Of a stretch of DNA of 64,000 nucleotides, positions 22,001 to 34,034 are shown one piece after another. Below the pieces are notes generated by a model. It saw only the letters and a program-made list of their open reading frames with translations. It had not been told where the DNA came from and made no database searches. A program made the translations under genes and the position numbers. Each line of letters opens with the position of its first letter. The stretch's first letter is position 1. Source of the stretch: Dimorphilus gyrociliatus (Eukaryota > Animalia > Annelida); the NCBI GenBank assembly GCA_904063045.1, contig CAJFCJ010000026.1, positions 660,964-724,963 of the forward strand, read 5' to 3'.

Positions 22001-24646
22001 TTTCAAGGATTAAATTTAAAAGAAGAACAGGGAATACAACTTGGCGATTCGTTAAAGCACTGCACGAATTTGGAGGCATTGAATATTTCCAAAATAATTG
22101 GAATTGGTAAAGGTTTTACAGCAATATTTCAAGGTCTCAGATCGTCCTGCAATCAATTTAAACATTTAAATATTTCCTATTGCGATTTAAACGCCAATCA
22201 GATTCGTTATCTTGGAGACGTTCTAAGCAATTGTAAACTTATGCAAACGGTCGATATCTCTCATTCAAATCATTTAGAAAATCATCTTATATTCATTAAA
22301 GATGGCCTAGAGCCGTCTGCGCATCATCTCGAAAGTTTAAACTTTACCAATTGTTCAATGAACGGTGACGATGGTGAATGTTTGGGAGAACTTCTCAAAC
22401 AGTGCTCAAATCTGCAATATTTCAATATGTCAGAAAATAGTGGAACAAACGAAGGTTTCTACGCGATATGCGACGGTCTAGTATCATCAGCGGCGACTAT
22501 AAAACAATTAAACTTTTCAAAATGTTGCCTAAACGAGAATCCTGCAAAATATCTTGGTTTCTTTCTAAAGGAATGTACAACTTTAGAAACGTTCAATTTA
22601 TCTGAAAATAGAAAGACAAAAACCGGATTTAATACAATATGCAAAGGATTAAAATCTTCTTCTCAATATCTAATTAATTTAAACTTTTCCAGATGTAATT
22701 TAGACGAAGATCAAGCGGATAATCTTGGTGATCTTCTTCAAAAGTGTACAATACTTGAACAATTCAATTTTTCTTGGAATTCAAATATTGAGAAAAGATT
22801 ATCTTCCGTTATAAACGAATTGAAAATAACTGCAACTATAGATTTTAAAAATTTACAATATTGCCAAAAGATTCTGAACGAAGAACAAACGCAATGTCTT
22901 GAAGATCCTCTTAAAAATATTAAAAATTACAAACTATTCAATATCTATTGTAATTCAGATTTTGATAATGGATTCTCTAAGATATTCGATGGATTAAAAT
23001 CCTCTTCCAATAGTTTAAAGTATCTAAATTTTTCTCATTGTAATATGGAAGAATACGATGCCAGATACTTTGAGGATCTATTGAATCTTTGCAATAATAT
23101 TAAAGAATTCCATTTTGCCGAGAATAGATGCCTTAAAAATGGATTTAAAGCTATTTGTAACGGATTAAAATCCTCTGCAAACATGTTAGAAATTTTAAAC
23201 ATTTCCGATTGTAATTTGGATAGAGATGACGGTGAATTTCTTGGAGAACTACTAAAAGAATTGGAACGTCTAAGAGTATTAAATATTTCGTCGAATCCAA
23301 CAATTGGAAAAGCGTTTAAAGTTATTTTTAACGGATTAAGACAATCGTCGAATTATCTTCAATATTTAGATTTTAGCTTATGCGATCTACAGGAGAATGA
23401 AGGAAAATATCTTGGAAATCTTCTTAAGTATTGTCCATTTTTACAAACGTTCAACTTTTCCGAAAATAGAAAAATTGGAAAAGGTTTCTTTTCAATTTGC
23501 GAAGGCTTGGAATCTTCAAAAATTAGTTTAAAAGATTTAAATATATCGCAATGTAATATAGGAGAGAAAAGAGCTGAACATCTTGCGTCTCTTCTTCAAA
23601 AATGTATTCTCATTGAAAGAATTGATATATCTTGTAATTGTTTTATGGGTAAAGGATTTCATTCAATTTGCAATAGTCTTAAATGTTCGTCGGACGTATT
23701 AAAAAGTATAAATTGTTATAAATGTAGTTTGGAAGAGAATCAAGGAAATGAATTGGGAAAACTTTTGAAAAAATGTAAAAATATGGAAATTTTTAATATT
23801 TCATATAATTTCAATTTTGGAAAAGGTTTTAATTCCATTTGCGATGGTCTTAAAATATCTTCAATGAATTTAAAGGATTTAAATTTTTCTCAATGGATTT
23901 TAAGCGAAAATCAATTGGAAAATTTTAATGATCTTCTTAATCATTGTATCAATCTTGAAGTTATTAATATTCATTCCAATAGTAAAATAGGTAAACAAAT
24001 TGAAGATGTTTGCAATGGATTAAACTCTTCAATATCCTCAATTAAAAAGTTCAATCTATCTAAATGTATTATTGATGAAGATCAAGCGAAATTTGTTGGT
24101 AATTTCCTTAAAAAATGCATTAAACTAGAGATTTTCGATGGTTCTTTAAATTGTTACGGTAAAGATGGATTTAAATATATATGCGAAGGATTAAAATCAT
24201 CCTACGCCTCATTAAGAATAATTAAATTTCAAGAATGTAATTTAAGAGAATACGAAAGTACTTACCTTGGAGATCTTTTGAAAAATTGTACTAAAATCGA
24301 ATCTTTGGATATTTCTTTTAATCCTCAAATAGATAAAGGATTTAGAGGAGTTTGTAGTGGATTGAAAGCCTCTTCAACAAATCTGAAAATTTTAAATATT
24401 CTCGAATGTAATTTAAGCGAAAATGAGACAAAATATATTAGTGATCTTCTTAGACAATGCTTCAATTTGGAAATATTTAACATTTCTTGGAATAATAAAA
24501 TGGGAAGAGGTTTCAATTCAATATGTAATGGATTAAAAAGTTCATCTAAAAACCTTAGTTTATGGCTCTCATTCAATAATCTAAACGAACAGCAAGCGGA
24601 ATATCTCATCAATTTTTCTGGACAGTCCTATTCAAGAATCAATTAA
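19004..24646 (+). CDS. NLR-like protein 3 (CARD-like N-terminus, NACHT, long LRR array), intronless, 1880 aa
   Basis: Walker A GESGIGKT, Walker B LLIDSADE, LCRVPL, FYHSSFQEYFAS, then roughly 16-17 ~56-aa LRR units. Confidence 0.93.
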   Translation: MRKIEDSFKSRMNAVESLCFKFYSDHLRSLLQIEYNFEEVCRRLGKKRKINSKEEENLLNLYKKLNKDMAIEELIMILKKETFNLIICILDSFDKKDISHLANNLRNKDTIWKILIDRTKIERRRDSRQVALFPFEKTNSISLLNVEGSIRVSHINKIDISDRTLLQSELTFEDFPNILDKNFNKISIKGESGIGKTIHMRYLVYTWAKDLWRIDKKDRLLIVLNLSNFEPDNDIYDEIIKQNFTNVPFVSKQIIQCLFKEKCQDILLLIDSADEYDFADRSIYNIVHRQEIDVPTIVWSRNWKADEIYRTCNITFELVGLNIEQLQSLLKKCLGDDREKRVFLDNVLINNQGIRNLCRVPLLGLILYQVWKETGNIFDINQYQIYDDIVNLVQERNRIFRSKDNQYNMTHFYGLCFINLIEKKTKFILKIEDALIVEKYFKGILQIIPEQSIHSNETEVQFYHSSFQEYFASQYLIREFEKTSKNWYGNYQQAISDRKMIIKFLTKGKWIEIYHILNFIKEYSQIIYEKLIEYSKKLSEMFENVQTLLKCLKDDGTIVTINNEIIPDYILTIFLEMKGENIETITLIDSDINEELLFQLLSKYCPNLKYIFIESNKNQIDDYDIIYLGNILELITGTEIRNFYYGEKKFYIFRENEYEKTGRNRFIEILTISNKHNNNEIMLKVTFGPCFIRHLKDESQISLQYLPLSFLIFVNELFSLQTLTIKNKILDTDFISFIFMIIKTKMENQNLKAIYLENCEIEEPNENFLENCFLYISSSSDNNDGVDKKKKQRNLNTIKIETNLNDPLKFIINPENREQKRTLIFHTKTPNSKEMQYIHCLKKAIQRDIIRISPFPIDLYNCIGEDFQSEILELLKICSKTLNVLDLSSYHEREKNPQLLSEIFENCSELERVSFKDFNLIHTFEQLKIGLLYSSKTLKMVEFENCIANEEIALGFGECFVVFPNMETLKLQEVKNIEKGFEIICNGLKFSSHNLTNLNFQGLNLKEEQGIQLGDSLKHCTNLEALNISKIIGIGKGFTAIFQGLRSSCNQFKHLNISYCDLNANQIRYLGDVLSNCKLMQTVDISHSNHLENHLIFIKDGLEPSAHHLESLNFTNCSMNGDDGECLGELLKQCSNLQYFNMSENSGTNEGFYAICDGLVSSAATIKQLNFSKCCLNENPAKYLGFFLKECTTLETFNLSENRKTKTGFNTICKGLKSSSQYLINLNFSRCNLDEDQADNLGDLLQKCTILEQFNFSWNSNIEKRLSSVINELKITATIDFKNLQYCQKILNEEQTQCLEDPLKNIKNYKLFNIYCNSDFDNGFSKIFDGLKSSSNSLKYLNFSHCNMEEYDARYFEDLLNLCNNIKEFHFAENRCLKNGFKAICNGLKSSANMLEILNISDCNLDRDDGEFLGELLKELERLRVLNISSNPTIGKAFKVIFNGLRQSSNYLQYLDFSLCDLQENEGKYLGNLLKYCPFLQTFNFSENRKIGKGFFSICEGLESSKISLKDLNISQCNIGEKRAEHLASLLQKCILIERIDISCNCFMGKGFHSICNSLKCSSDVLKSINCYKCSLEENQGNELGKLLKKCKNMEIFNISYNFNFGKGFNSICDGLKISSMNLKDLNFSQWILSENQLENFNDLLNHCINLEVINIHSNSKIGKQIEDVCNGLNSSISSIKKFNLSKCIIDEDQAKFVGNFLKKCIKLEIFDGSLNCYGKDGFKYICEGLKSSYASLRIIKFQECNLREYESTYLGDLLKNCTKIESLDISFNPQIDKGFRGVCSGLKASSTNLKILNILECNLSENETKYISDLLRQCFNLEIFNISWNNKMGRGFNSICNGLKSSSKNLSLWLSFNNLNEQQAEYLINFSGQSYSRIN

Positions 24647-24949
24647 GACGATTTGTGCAGTATAACCTCTTTTCCTTAGTACTTTTTATAAATCTTCTAA
24701 TACAGTATAAAAGTTTTAAATCAATTTGACAAACAGACAGACAGTTAGTTATATTTAGCAAACAAAAAACTGTGCAAAAATTCTCTTCTCTTTACAGTAT
24801 TTCTCGCAATCTTCTTTGTCCAATTCCAACTCTTTTATAGGGCATATTATATTATCATCTCCATTAGAAACACTATCGGTATTAGATAGTACATAGTCTT
24901 CTTAAATGAATTTTTCTTAAAACTCTTATAATGCATATTCATTATTTCA

Positions 24950-27900
24950 CATTATTCACTTGGCTCTTTGCCAAGAATAGTCGTTGGACTCATCCACCAC
25001 ATTACCTTTCCTAGGAAAGAGGCACATTCGTTGAATAGGGAATTATATCTCTTGCATCTCTCTCGATATCGCTATGTCCGGTGTAGATCTCGAAGGTACG
25101 TTCTATAATCTTGCGATTGATGTATCCGAACTTGAGATTGTAGATAGATCTTTGGTCCAGGAATAGGACGAGGTCGTTGGGTTAAAGATTTAGCTTATAT
25201 TTGTCCTTGTACGATTCTGTTTTCTTGTGCATATTGTTAAATAGTTATGTGCAACATCTTGCATTTAAACGTTGGCGTTCTTTAGAAATAACAGCAGGAT
25301 CGTATTCACCGTAATTTTAGATACTATGAATTTAGACCACTATTATGTAATTATAACAAATCAATCATTTTTAGATAGGTAAACAATTGTATACCCCAAA
25401 TGGGCTCAATAATGTTAATATCTGGGCTATTTGCAGGCCAGTTTTCTAGTAATTTCATCTCTTTCCTTATGAATGTAGTAGTTGTTTTTGCTGTGTGGCA
25501 GCTCGCTCCATCTTGCTGGAAAATTTCACCCCGTTTGTATGTAGATAAGATATTTTCTGAGATTATATCTATATACCCATTGGCATTCATTCATTCATTG
25601 CAGAGTCCTCTGTCTCCATTATATTTTATAAATCCAAAGACCGTGATGTTACCACCATCAAACTTTACTGTTTTAGTGGTATATTTTGGATCATTTCTTT
25701 TACCAACTGGCCTCCTAACATATTCCCTTCGACGGGGATGCAGTTCAATGTTGCTTTCATCGCTGAATATTACTTTTCTCCATCTATTTGAGCTCCATTT
25801 AAGCTTTTGCTTACAGAATTGTATTCTTTTCTTAATTTACTTTGTATTTAGAGCTGGCTTCATTACAGAAATTCTGCCATTTAATTTATACTTGCATAAG
25901 ATTTTTTTCATACTAGATAGTGATATCCCAATAAGAACTGCAGAGTTTTCCAAAACTTCTCTAGCTGTCCATTTTGGATTCGATCCGCATGTCTTTGTGA
26001 GTTGCAGTTCCATCCTCCTGGTGATTTTACATTGGTCTACCAGACCTATGCAGATCATTAATTGTTTTAATATCGCGACTGTCGGTCCAGAGAAATCCAT
26101 TTCACAGTTCTTGAAGGGACAATAGAATAACGAGCATCGACTATAATCTTCCTTGTTAGATGAGATTCATTCAATCTTCCGATGGTAGTATAAGTTCCGT
26201 CATCCTCCTCATACAGTGAATAATTATTTATTTTCTAATAATTTATTTATTGGCATCGTAGCTTGTACGAGTTTAAATAGATATCGTTGGGCTATCTCGA
26301 GTTCTCTTGTATTCACTTCGTCATCATTATTTCTATCATACGGAGGGGATTAAGCTTTGAATTTGAATCTTAAAATGCATGCCATAGTTCGTCTCCCATT
26401 AACTCGAAGGTAAGGTCCACGGTTAGCATGTTGATTGTAATATTAGGTTTATCATGAACGATTTTTATTTCCTTGAAGTCTTCCCATTTCTCTCTCATCT
26501 TTCTTCTTACCTTTGTTAAGTAATCAGCAGGGTTATCTTCTGATCGAATGTCACACCAGCTGGCTTGTGATTCGGTTTTATTGATTTTACTGCATTACGT
26601 ATATATTTTGCTAGTTTTAAATCTCCATTCTCTAAGTAACTAAGCACTATTTGACTATCAAGAAATACTTTGATTGGGATCTCGGTAAAGATTGATTTAT
26701 AGATTTTCAATAAAGTTTACCATCAATTCTGCTCCAGGGATTCCAGGGAAGACGGAAGAAGATGCCAACAGATAGCCTCTCTGCCCAGTGACTGCATAGA
26801 CTGCTGCTCCGTACGCTATGTCTGAGGCATCTGCGTAAATGTGTATAAAGTTGGGTGATGGTATTTGTCTTGCAAGTGAGTAGGAACCAGAGATGTCCTT
26901 TAATACCTTGTTGATATTAGTCTAATTATTACTTCTTTTGTCCCAATGTAAACCATGAAAATCCGAAATGAGGACTTTCGCTTGTAATTTCACAGGTTCT
27001 ATACACACCATAATATCGTATATTTGTGTAACATACGAATAAAATTGACGTTTTGTGAATGAGGGTCCTATATCTCTATTCTGTATATTGATTTCGATCT
27101 CATCTGGATCCGGGTTATAGGTCAGTCCTAAGACCTTAATAGGGTTGTCGATGTTTTGGATATTTAAGGACAAGCGTGAATGAATGCAATTACTATTGGT
27201 AGCATAGTTTGCTAGGCATAGATTTTTGGCTGCTAATTCAGTGTTTAAACGATAAGCTAGGTTTTCCAGTTCCTGTCCAAAATCAGGTCATTATGTAGAA
27301 TGATTTCGATATTATTTTCTTTTCTTGGGAGGGATAAGGTGGATGTTTGTTAAATAGTGGTGCTTATAGCCGTACATGCAACGAACGGAGAACTTGTAGG
27401 TCCAAAAATATGACGTGTGATAACTGCTGATAATATTCTGTCTTGTTTTCGAGGGTCTTCATATAAAAAGTTAAAATAAGATTGATCAGTTTAGTCGACA
27501 TGTATGTTTAAAAACATATGTTTAATATCTGCTAAGATAAAGTATGGTTTGGTTCTCCATAACGTAAGAAGATGGGCTTAATTGGATTACGAGGGTCCTG
27601 GAAAAAGTATATCATTGAGAGAATAACCTTTATATTTAACGGCTGCATCAAAAATTATGCGGATAGAGTCCTTTTTTGGATTTATCACACCATGGTGAGG
27701 GAGATAGAATTTTACCTCTTCAGGAGATACCTGGCGTGCATATGAATTATCGAATAGAGATCGTATGGCCTTCCTGTTCTCGTCATTGTAAAAAGGTTTA
27801 CGTCGAATGTTTAAAAATCTACTTTTTGCCATAGGATATTTGGATCCCATTTGAATGGTAATTTCGTTGGATATATTTCGCCAAATTCTCTGTTGCGTGA

Positions 27901-29750
27901 TTGTCATCTATTGATTAGGAAGATTCTGAATCAATATCATCTATTTCAGATAGTTCTTTAATTGTATCGATATGGTGAACACTAGAGCTAGTCTCTTGAT
28001 AGAGCATATTACAATTTATTGGATTTGGATGGACTGTTGCTGTATATGGAGAGGTGGATCTATACCATCCGAGGGCATCTTTAATATAGGCATAGTTCTC
28101 AGTGGTGTATAATTCAAGAGGTACGTGATGTATGTTTACCATTCAAATCTGAGCTTAGTTCTATGAGTAGATTTATATTACCACTAGGTACAGACGGCTC
28201 CGTATAATTCGGATTAATATACATCTCTGGCTGCTCCAGTATAGAAGATAATGAATCTATGACACAGGCAACGACATCATAAATTCTGCCTAAGTGCGGA
28301 AATATGATTCGAACTTTCTCTGTAGTGATTGTTTGAAATTCATTGTTAACATAAGATATGTCAATCCAACAGACATTTCCTGTATCTGATGTGCACAATA
28401 TATCTTCTAAATATTGTCTGCTAATTAAGGAAACGGCTGCACCCATATCAATGAGAGCTGTGATTTTACAGAATTGCCAGATATTGGGATTTTTACCGTT
28501 GCGGCATATATGGGCATTCTCTTTGTCGCCTTCTTTGTATAGTTGTGGTTTACAGTAGCTTTAGATTTAGGAATCGTCTCTTCTTTGTGATACAGAGATG
28601 TGCGATGAGTTTGATCGCACTTTTTTGCTACTAAATTTTGATTGACAATTTTCACGTGTGTGCCCCACCGCGTAGACAGTTCGGACATCTATGCAGTAAA
28701 TGGATCAACCTTTGTCTTCCCTTCAGATCAGAATTTATGTAAATTGGGCAATAAGCCAAACATGTATGATTTTCGGTGCATAAACATCTGGAATTCTTGT
28801 GTTGGTGATATAGTTTGTGGTTTTCTTTTTTTACCATTGTCTTCTGAGTTCGAAATGGGATATGCATGCTTCTTAAATTGTTGTTTCGGTGTCTGTTGTC
28901 TTTAGGGATATCAGATTGTTTGAAATTACTAGAAGCTACTACGCTCGTTTCTGTAGTCCTCCATGGAAGAGAACCATCTTCGATAGCTTTGATGACTCCT
29001 ACAATATATTGTACTAGTTTCGTTACAATCAGATCAAAGTTACTTGTGTGTTTGAACATAACGTTATCAATATGACTCCGGATATTTATTGGAAGCCTTT
29101 CAATATATTGTTTTAGTTTGTCAAACTGTGAGCGTCCTTTGTAATTCGGGAGGTTCAAAAACATAAGAAGTTTCTTGAACCTCCTCCGCTATTTAACGTT
29201 TTAGTATCTGACATCTTTCAGAATCTTCTGTGTCTGCTTCTCGTAATGGAACGATAATATCCCTATAGAATTTCCGCCATTAAACTTCTCGGAAGAAAAC
29301 AACTTTTTTGTTCCTTAGAGTGCAGATTCTAGAATTAGAATAATTCGAAGAAGATCCTCTGTCATTTTGACCGCCATTCTCAAATAACATTACGTTGCTT
29401 TTTTGTTTCTCATGGATTTGAACTTTTTGGATTATCTTCGAAGTTAGGCCATATTGTAATTCGACCGTTGGGGAATGTTCCAATTCTTGCGTTCGAATAC
29501 GGATGGATGACTTGCATGATTCTTTAGTTGAACCTGACTGAATGGATCCTATCATTTGAATGATGCACTCCATTTGTGTCGTCATCTCCGTTCTCATAGC
29601 GTTGATTTTAAGCGTTCGATTCCTCGAATTTTTCCTCAAATCCCTTCCTTTGCTCCTCCAGTTTTTCATCTAGAGTTGATGAGTCGACCATATTTGTCCG
29701 TTGAGTTGTCTCCAATTGATTTGGAAGGTTGGTGCATTTAGGAACCATTT
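24950..29750 (-). mobile_element. Degenerate near-full-length BEL/Pao LTR retrotransposon
   Basis: Domains in order with stops and frameshifts: Gag coiled coil (29280-29700), Cys/His knuckles (28600-28800), protease LIDMGAAVSLI (~28450), RT YLPHHGVINPKK...IIFDAA...SLNDILFPGP (27587-27760), KVLGLTY (~27130), RNase H YADASDIAYGAAVY (~26800), DUF5641-like tail PNDLVLFLD (~25000-25190). LTR pair not found. Confidence 0.88.
25351..26150 (-). mobile_element. Tc1/mariner transposase remnant nested in the Pao element
   Basis: KPAL...WRKVIFSDES...FQQDGASCHTA...WPANSPDINIIEPIW (DDE motifs) with internal stops. No TIRs found. Confidence 0.88.
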
Positions 29751-30585
29751 GGATTGGAATTTGTCTCTTCCTCGACATTTCAATTTATTGTAGTCGACGA
29801 ATGATTCACGATCATAGGCCATCGTCTAATTTCACTAAGATAACGCTTGAAGGTTTATACTAGTAATCTTAAATAATAATTAAAGGTAGATGTGTTACTA
29901 TGATATCTATGATTTCATATTTATCTCTTGTCTTGTCATATTTCGTAGATGTTGATAAAAGCTAAAAAAAGAAAACAATTAAATAAAAATTTTGGTCAAA
30001 ATTATTAACAAAACTATCAACCCAAACAATTTTTTAATCATAATAATGGATTCATCTGAAGAGGAGACTGAAACTACATCTGAAGAATTGGATTCATAGG
30101 TAAGTAGTAGCATTCATCTCACTGCCATACTGTGTATCCATGCATTGTAATCCACAAAACTTGCAAAAATTAAAATCCATAAAAGATGTTTCGTATATGC
30201 TCTTTTTACAAATGTAGTCAACGGTCACAAGAAGATGCAGCTCCAATGAGCAAAGCAGATCCTCTGCAAAAGAGAAAGAGGAACAAAAATGACTATGTAG
30301 AAGATGAAGATGACACAATTGGAAAAAGGAGGGACCCTACCATCAGATTCAGGACTGGTGTGCACATGAGTACCTTGTAACGGATGTTTGTGTATCATCA
30401 TAGTCTGTGTACAAGTATAATTCCAATATCAAATTGTTTTCATCGAATATCTCGAATAAATCGAATAGTTCATCCTCATTTTTCTTTATCGATAATTCCA
30501 AATCATTCTCATCATTATAAGATTCTCCGATTTAGATAAGCATTCGATCATCTTTGAAAAATCAGATAATACATTATTTAACATA

Positions 30586-31490
30586 CAGTCCCAATAAAAA
30601 ATCTTGGGCAGGGTTGTTCTTAACGTGGAAAAAGTGAAATATTTAACTAAAACGACTTGATTAATTATTTTTTTTTTGTTTAGAATGAAGGAGGAGGTAA
30701 AATTTCTGGCAGGTATTTCAAATAATGCAAAAATTCCAACTTGAATCAATAATTTATCACATATCCTTTATTTTGGATGACAAGACGGCATCTCTTTTTT
30801 TATGCAGCTATATAAATGTTTTATATAGTGTTCAGAAATCAAAAAAAATTTCTCTTCTATGACAACCTTCAAATCCTCCTGATTTTTTGGAATTCTCTTG
30901 TAAACCCTATGTTTAATAGATATAGTTCTGCCCAGAGATTTTCTATTATGTTCAAGTCTGGACTTTGTGCTGGTCAGTCTTTTAGATATTTTATTTTATT
31001 TCGTCTTAAAAAAGATTTCGATACTTTTGATGTGTGGCATCGTACTCCATCCTATTGAAAGATATTCTCCTGTGTATATATAGGAAGTAGATGCTCTTTT
31101 AAAGTTGAGATATATGCCAGAGCTCTGAAATCATCATATTTGACGTTACAGAAACTTTTCCTGGTGTTTCTTGGCTTGCCCTTATCCTCCCGTTTACATC
31201 TGACTCTGACTCTTTGTTTAGGAAACAGGTCAAATGTTGTTTTGTTGGAAAAAGAATAGCTCTCAAGCTCATCCTCCTTTTTTTAAGGATTTTTTTTACC
31301 AAAAAGAATTCTCTTTTTTCTTGGCCAGACCTGGACCTGTCCTCCGTAGCAAAATGTTCCGCTTTCTCTTTCTGGTTGTTCTGAATAGTACTGCGAGCAA
31401 TTTTTAGCTCTTTAGAGATCTTTACTTGGCTTAACCCTCTTCTGTTCAATTTTCTCTCGCATTTCTTGGCTTATTTTACCCATTTTTAAA
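30586..31490 (-). mobile_element. Truncated Tc1/mariner element with one TIR (TA|CAGTCCCAA family)
   Basis: TIR at 30586 is closely similar to the TIRs at 57928 and 58631. Minus strand encodes an HTH (MNRRGLSQVKISKELKIARSTIQ) and PAQSPDLNIIENLW. Confidence 0.82.
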
Positions 31491-31499
31491 TTTTTGTAA

Positions 31500-32980
31500 T
31501 AATTTGTTCCGAAGAATGGTCTAAACAATTAAAAAAGTGGGTTTCTCTCTTAAAAATCTTGCTAATAGAACAAAATCTCTCCATCAATTTCCACCAAGAA
31601 TACGCAGGAGTATGCAATCATTAATTATCTTTAAAGCGTCATTTAATTCGATTATTTTCGGAGGACCAGTGTTAATTTTCAAACCAATCAGATTTGGAAT
31701 TAATTGACAACAATTCTGTAATTGAATAACCAAACTTTATAAATAAAAAGTCGTCTTTTTAGTCCATCATCTAATGGACCATTAGAAAAGCAATCATTCA
31801 AGCAATCATCGGAATGTTCTGCAACTTAGAGAATAGTGATATTCTTTGACACAATACATTCGTATGTACTTTTATCTATTAATTTTATAAAATAAAGAGC
31901 TTTAATCATTTTATTAATAGTATCGTATTCTCAATTTTCATCATGATCGCTATTATTTCGACTTACGCCTAATAAATCATTATTCAAACAATCTTCTTCT
32001 TTAAGATATTTTGCAGTAAAATATTCTTGGATAGCCATATGCACAAAATGTATTTTCCAAAGAAACGTAAACTAATCCTCCTAGACAGTACGACTCTTCA
32101 AAAATCTTTGTCATCTCAATTCTTTCTATTTTATCTATCGTTTTTCTCATACGCCATCTTTTCAAGTATCCTAACCCCCAATTCTATTTCATTGTTCTCC
32201 TAGTATAAATAACTTTAATTGATTTTTCAAAGATTGTATATAGACTTTGAAAATCATTCTGTTCTCTATATTTAGAGATATAGCCACTAACAAATTCGTT
32301 TATCAATATCCTTTTTAATTGACCAATGAAAAGTTGTAATGTTTTACCGATTCCCGCTTGTCCAGATATCAAAATATGTCTATTTCCCTTATCAATCACT
32401 TTTAGAAATTCGTTAGCTTGATCATACTCTTCTTCAAGTATATTAAAGTCTATATAGGATTTTCTAGCAATGCCAAGGGGGACATAATTATCTTCTACTC
32501 CATCTTTTTTATCGATGTCATCATCCTATCGCAACATAGTAGCCATATGGAATAGTTTATTGACACATTTCTCTTGGATTTGCCTTCTAGGAATTCTTGT
32601 GGAAAGCTTTCGATTCTCTGCAATAAATACATTGATTCCTTGCAGTTTATTTGCTGAAGTAGTGAAATTAGACGTTTTTTCGTTGGAAGTTTAAAGAGAA
32701 CTTTATCAAGATTTTCTGCTATCATTGAATTTCGGTCAGTATTACTTTTATGAATATCTACAGATACGACTCCATTTTGAGAACCAAAACAGCAAGAAAC
32801 TTGAGTATAATTCTTTGTTTCGACGGAATAATTGTATAAATTCGTCTCTATAGTATAAAACAGAGAATGAAGACATTATCTCTTTCCTTTTTCGTCCTTT
32901 TTTCTTATCTGTTAAAGAAGAATTCCAATAATATTACCATTTGTGTACATATTTTTGAATCGTTTACCTTTTGGACATGC
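31500..32980 (-). pseudogene. NACHT/NLR pseudogene with frameshifts and a large internal deletion
   Basis: ILISGQAGIGKT (~32340-32380), then FVHMAIQEYFTAKYL (~32015-32060) only ~300 nt later. Several stops; abuts the Tc1 element at ~31500. Confidence 0.78.
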
Positions 32981-34034
32981 GCAGTACGAACTATGGAAAA
33001 ATTTTAACCTTAATTATCTTAATTAAAGTTATCTCAACAATTCCTAAACTATCTTAGTTAATTTATCAATCAATCAATCACAATGAATATATACCTATAT
33101 ATACTGTATATATATATATATATATAATTATATCTGATTGTCACGTGATCAAGATTATTCTTAACCGTTACATCTTCTAGAGATGGTGTAGGAAACAAAT
33201 GTTGATTTTCTTCTTTTATTCAATAAAATTAAGATATATTTAAACAGTATATATTGCTATTAAGGAGATTTTCGTTCAAAGGAAGGAAAGAAGGAATGGA
33301 ATCACTTTAATAGAGGCTATTCGATGCGTCTGTCTCCCTTCTACAGTATAGTACACTGACTGGTTAACTTAACAAAGGATTCTTATCAGATGACTATTTA
33401 CGTAAAAGTTTGCAATTATGATTGATGAAAAAGAGTAGGAGCTTCATGGGAGCGAACGAGCTCCTTTCAGTGTAAAGTAAATTAATAACTTTAACTTTAT
33501 TCAACAATAATCTCATCATTACAATTTGAAAGAAAGAAATGTTTCTTATCTATTGAAAGATAAGAAAAACATGATTATGTTAAAAGTTAAAGATATTAAT
33601 TTCTTTCTCAAATAGAAAAAGAATGATAATAATAATTCAAGCTGACAATAATTATCTGTAATCTTACCGGAAAAACTTTTAATAGACAAACAAATTATTA
33701 GTATAAATGTTAACAGAGTTAGTGGACAAACTTCTTCTTAAACATCTAGCAGAAGCCATATAAAACATATAATAACTATCTTACTCTTAATCTTTTTGTT
33801 AATTACCTTCCCTCCAACGTAAACAAGTAAATCAAATGAATGATAATATATATATATATATATATATAATAGTAAGTTCCCCTTCACCTCTTTAGCCAGT
33901 AATGATAATAAATTGTGGATAACACTGCAAAAAACGAAAATACAAATAATAACAATTAACCACTTGTTAACCGTTATCAAAACAAAGTATTGAAAATAAT
34001 AATCTTTCCGGTAGAAATTGTGCAGCAAAAGCCC

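Noticed and set aside
25400-26125. 241-aa plus-strand ORF, and similar short antisense or overlapping ORFs (e.g. 39074-39580, 40768-41169, 48266-49555)
   Set aside because: Shadow frames of the Tc1 transposase or of low-complexity coding exons; no independent motifs or splice signals.
25303-26222. Inverted 11-mers tattcaccgta (25303) and tacagtgaata (26212) as TIRs of the nested Tc1
   Set aside because: They face outward rather than inward and the similarity does not extend; probably chance.
30046-30380. Acidic and Cys-containing coding-like fragment between the Pao and Tc1 elements
   Set aside because: Multiple stops and no recognisable family; cannot be modelled.
33140-33149. E-box/CLEAR-like GTCACGTGAT upstream of the NLR pseudogene
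   Set aside because: A single short match with no supporting context.
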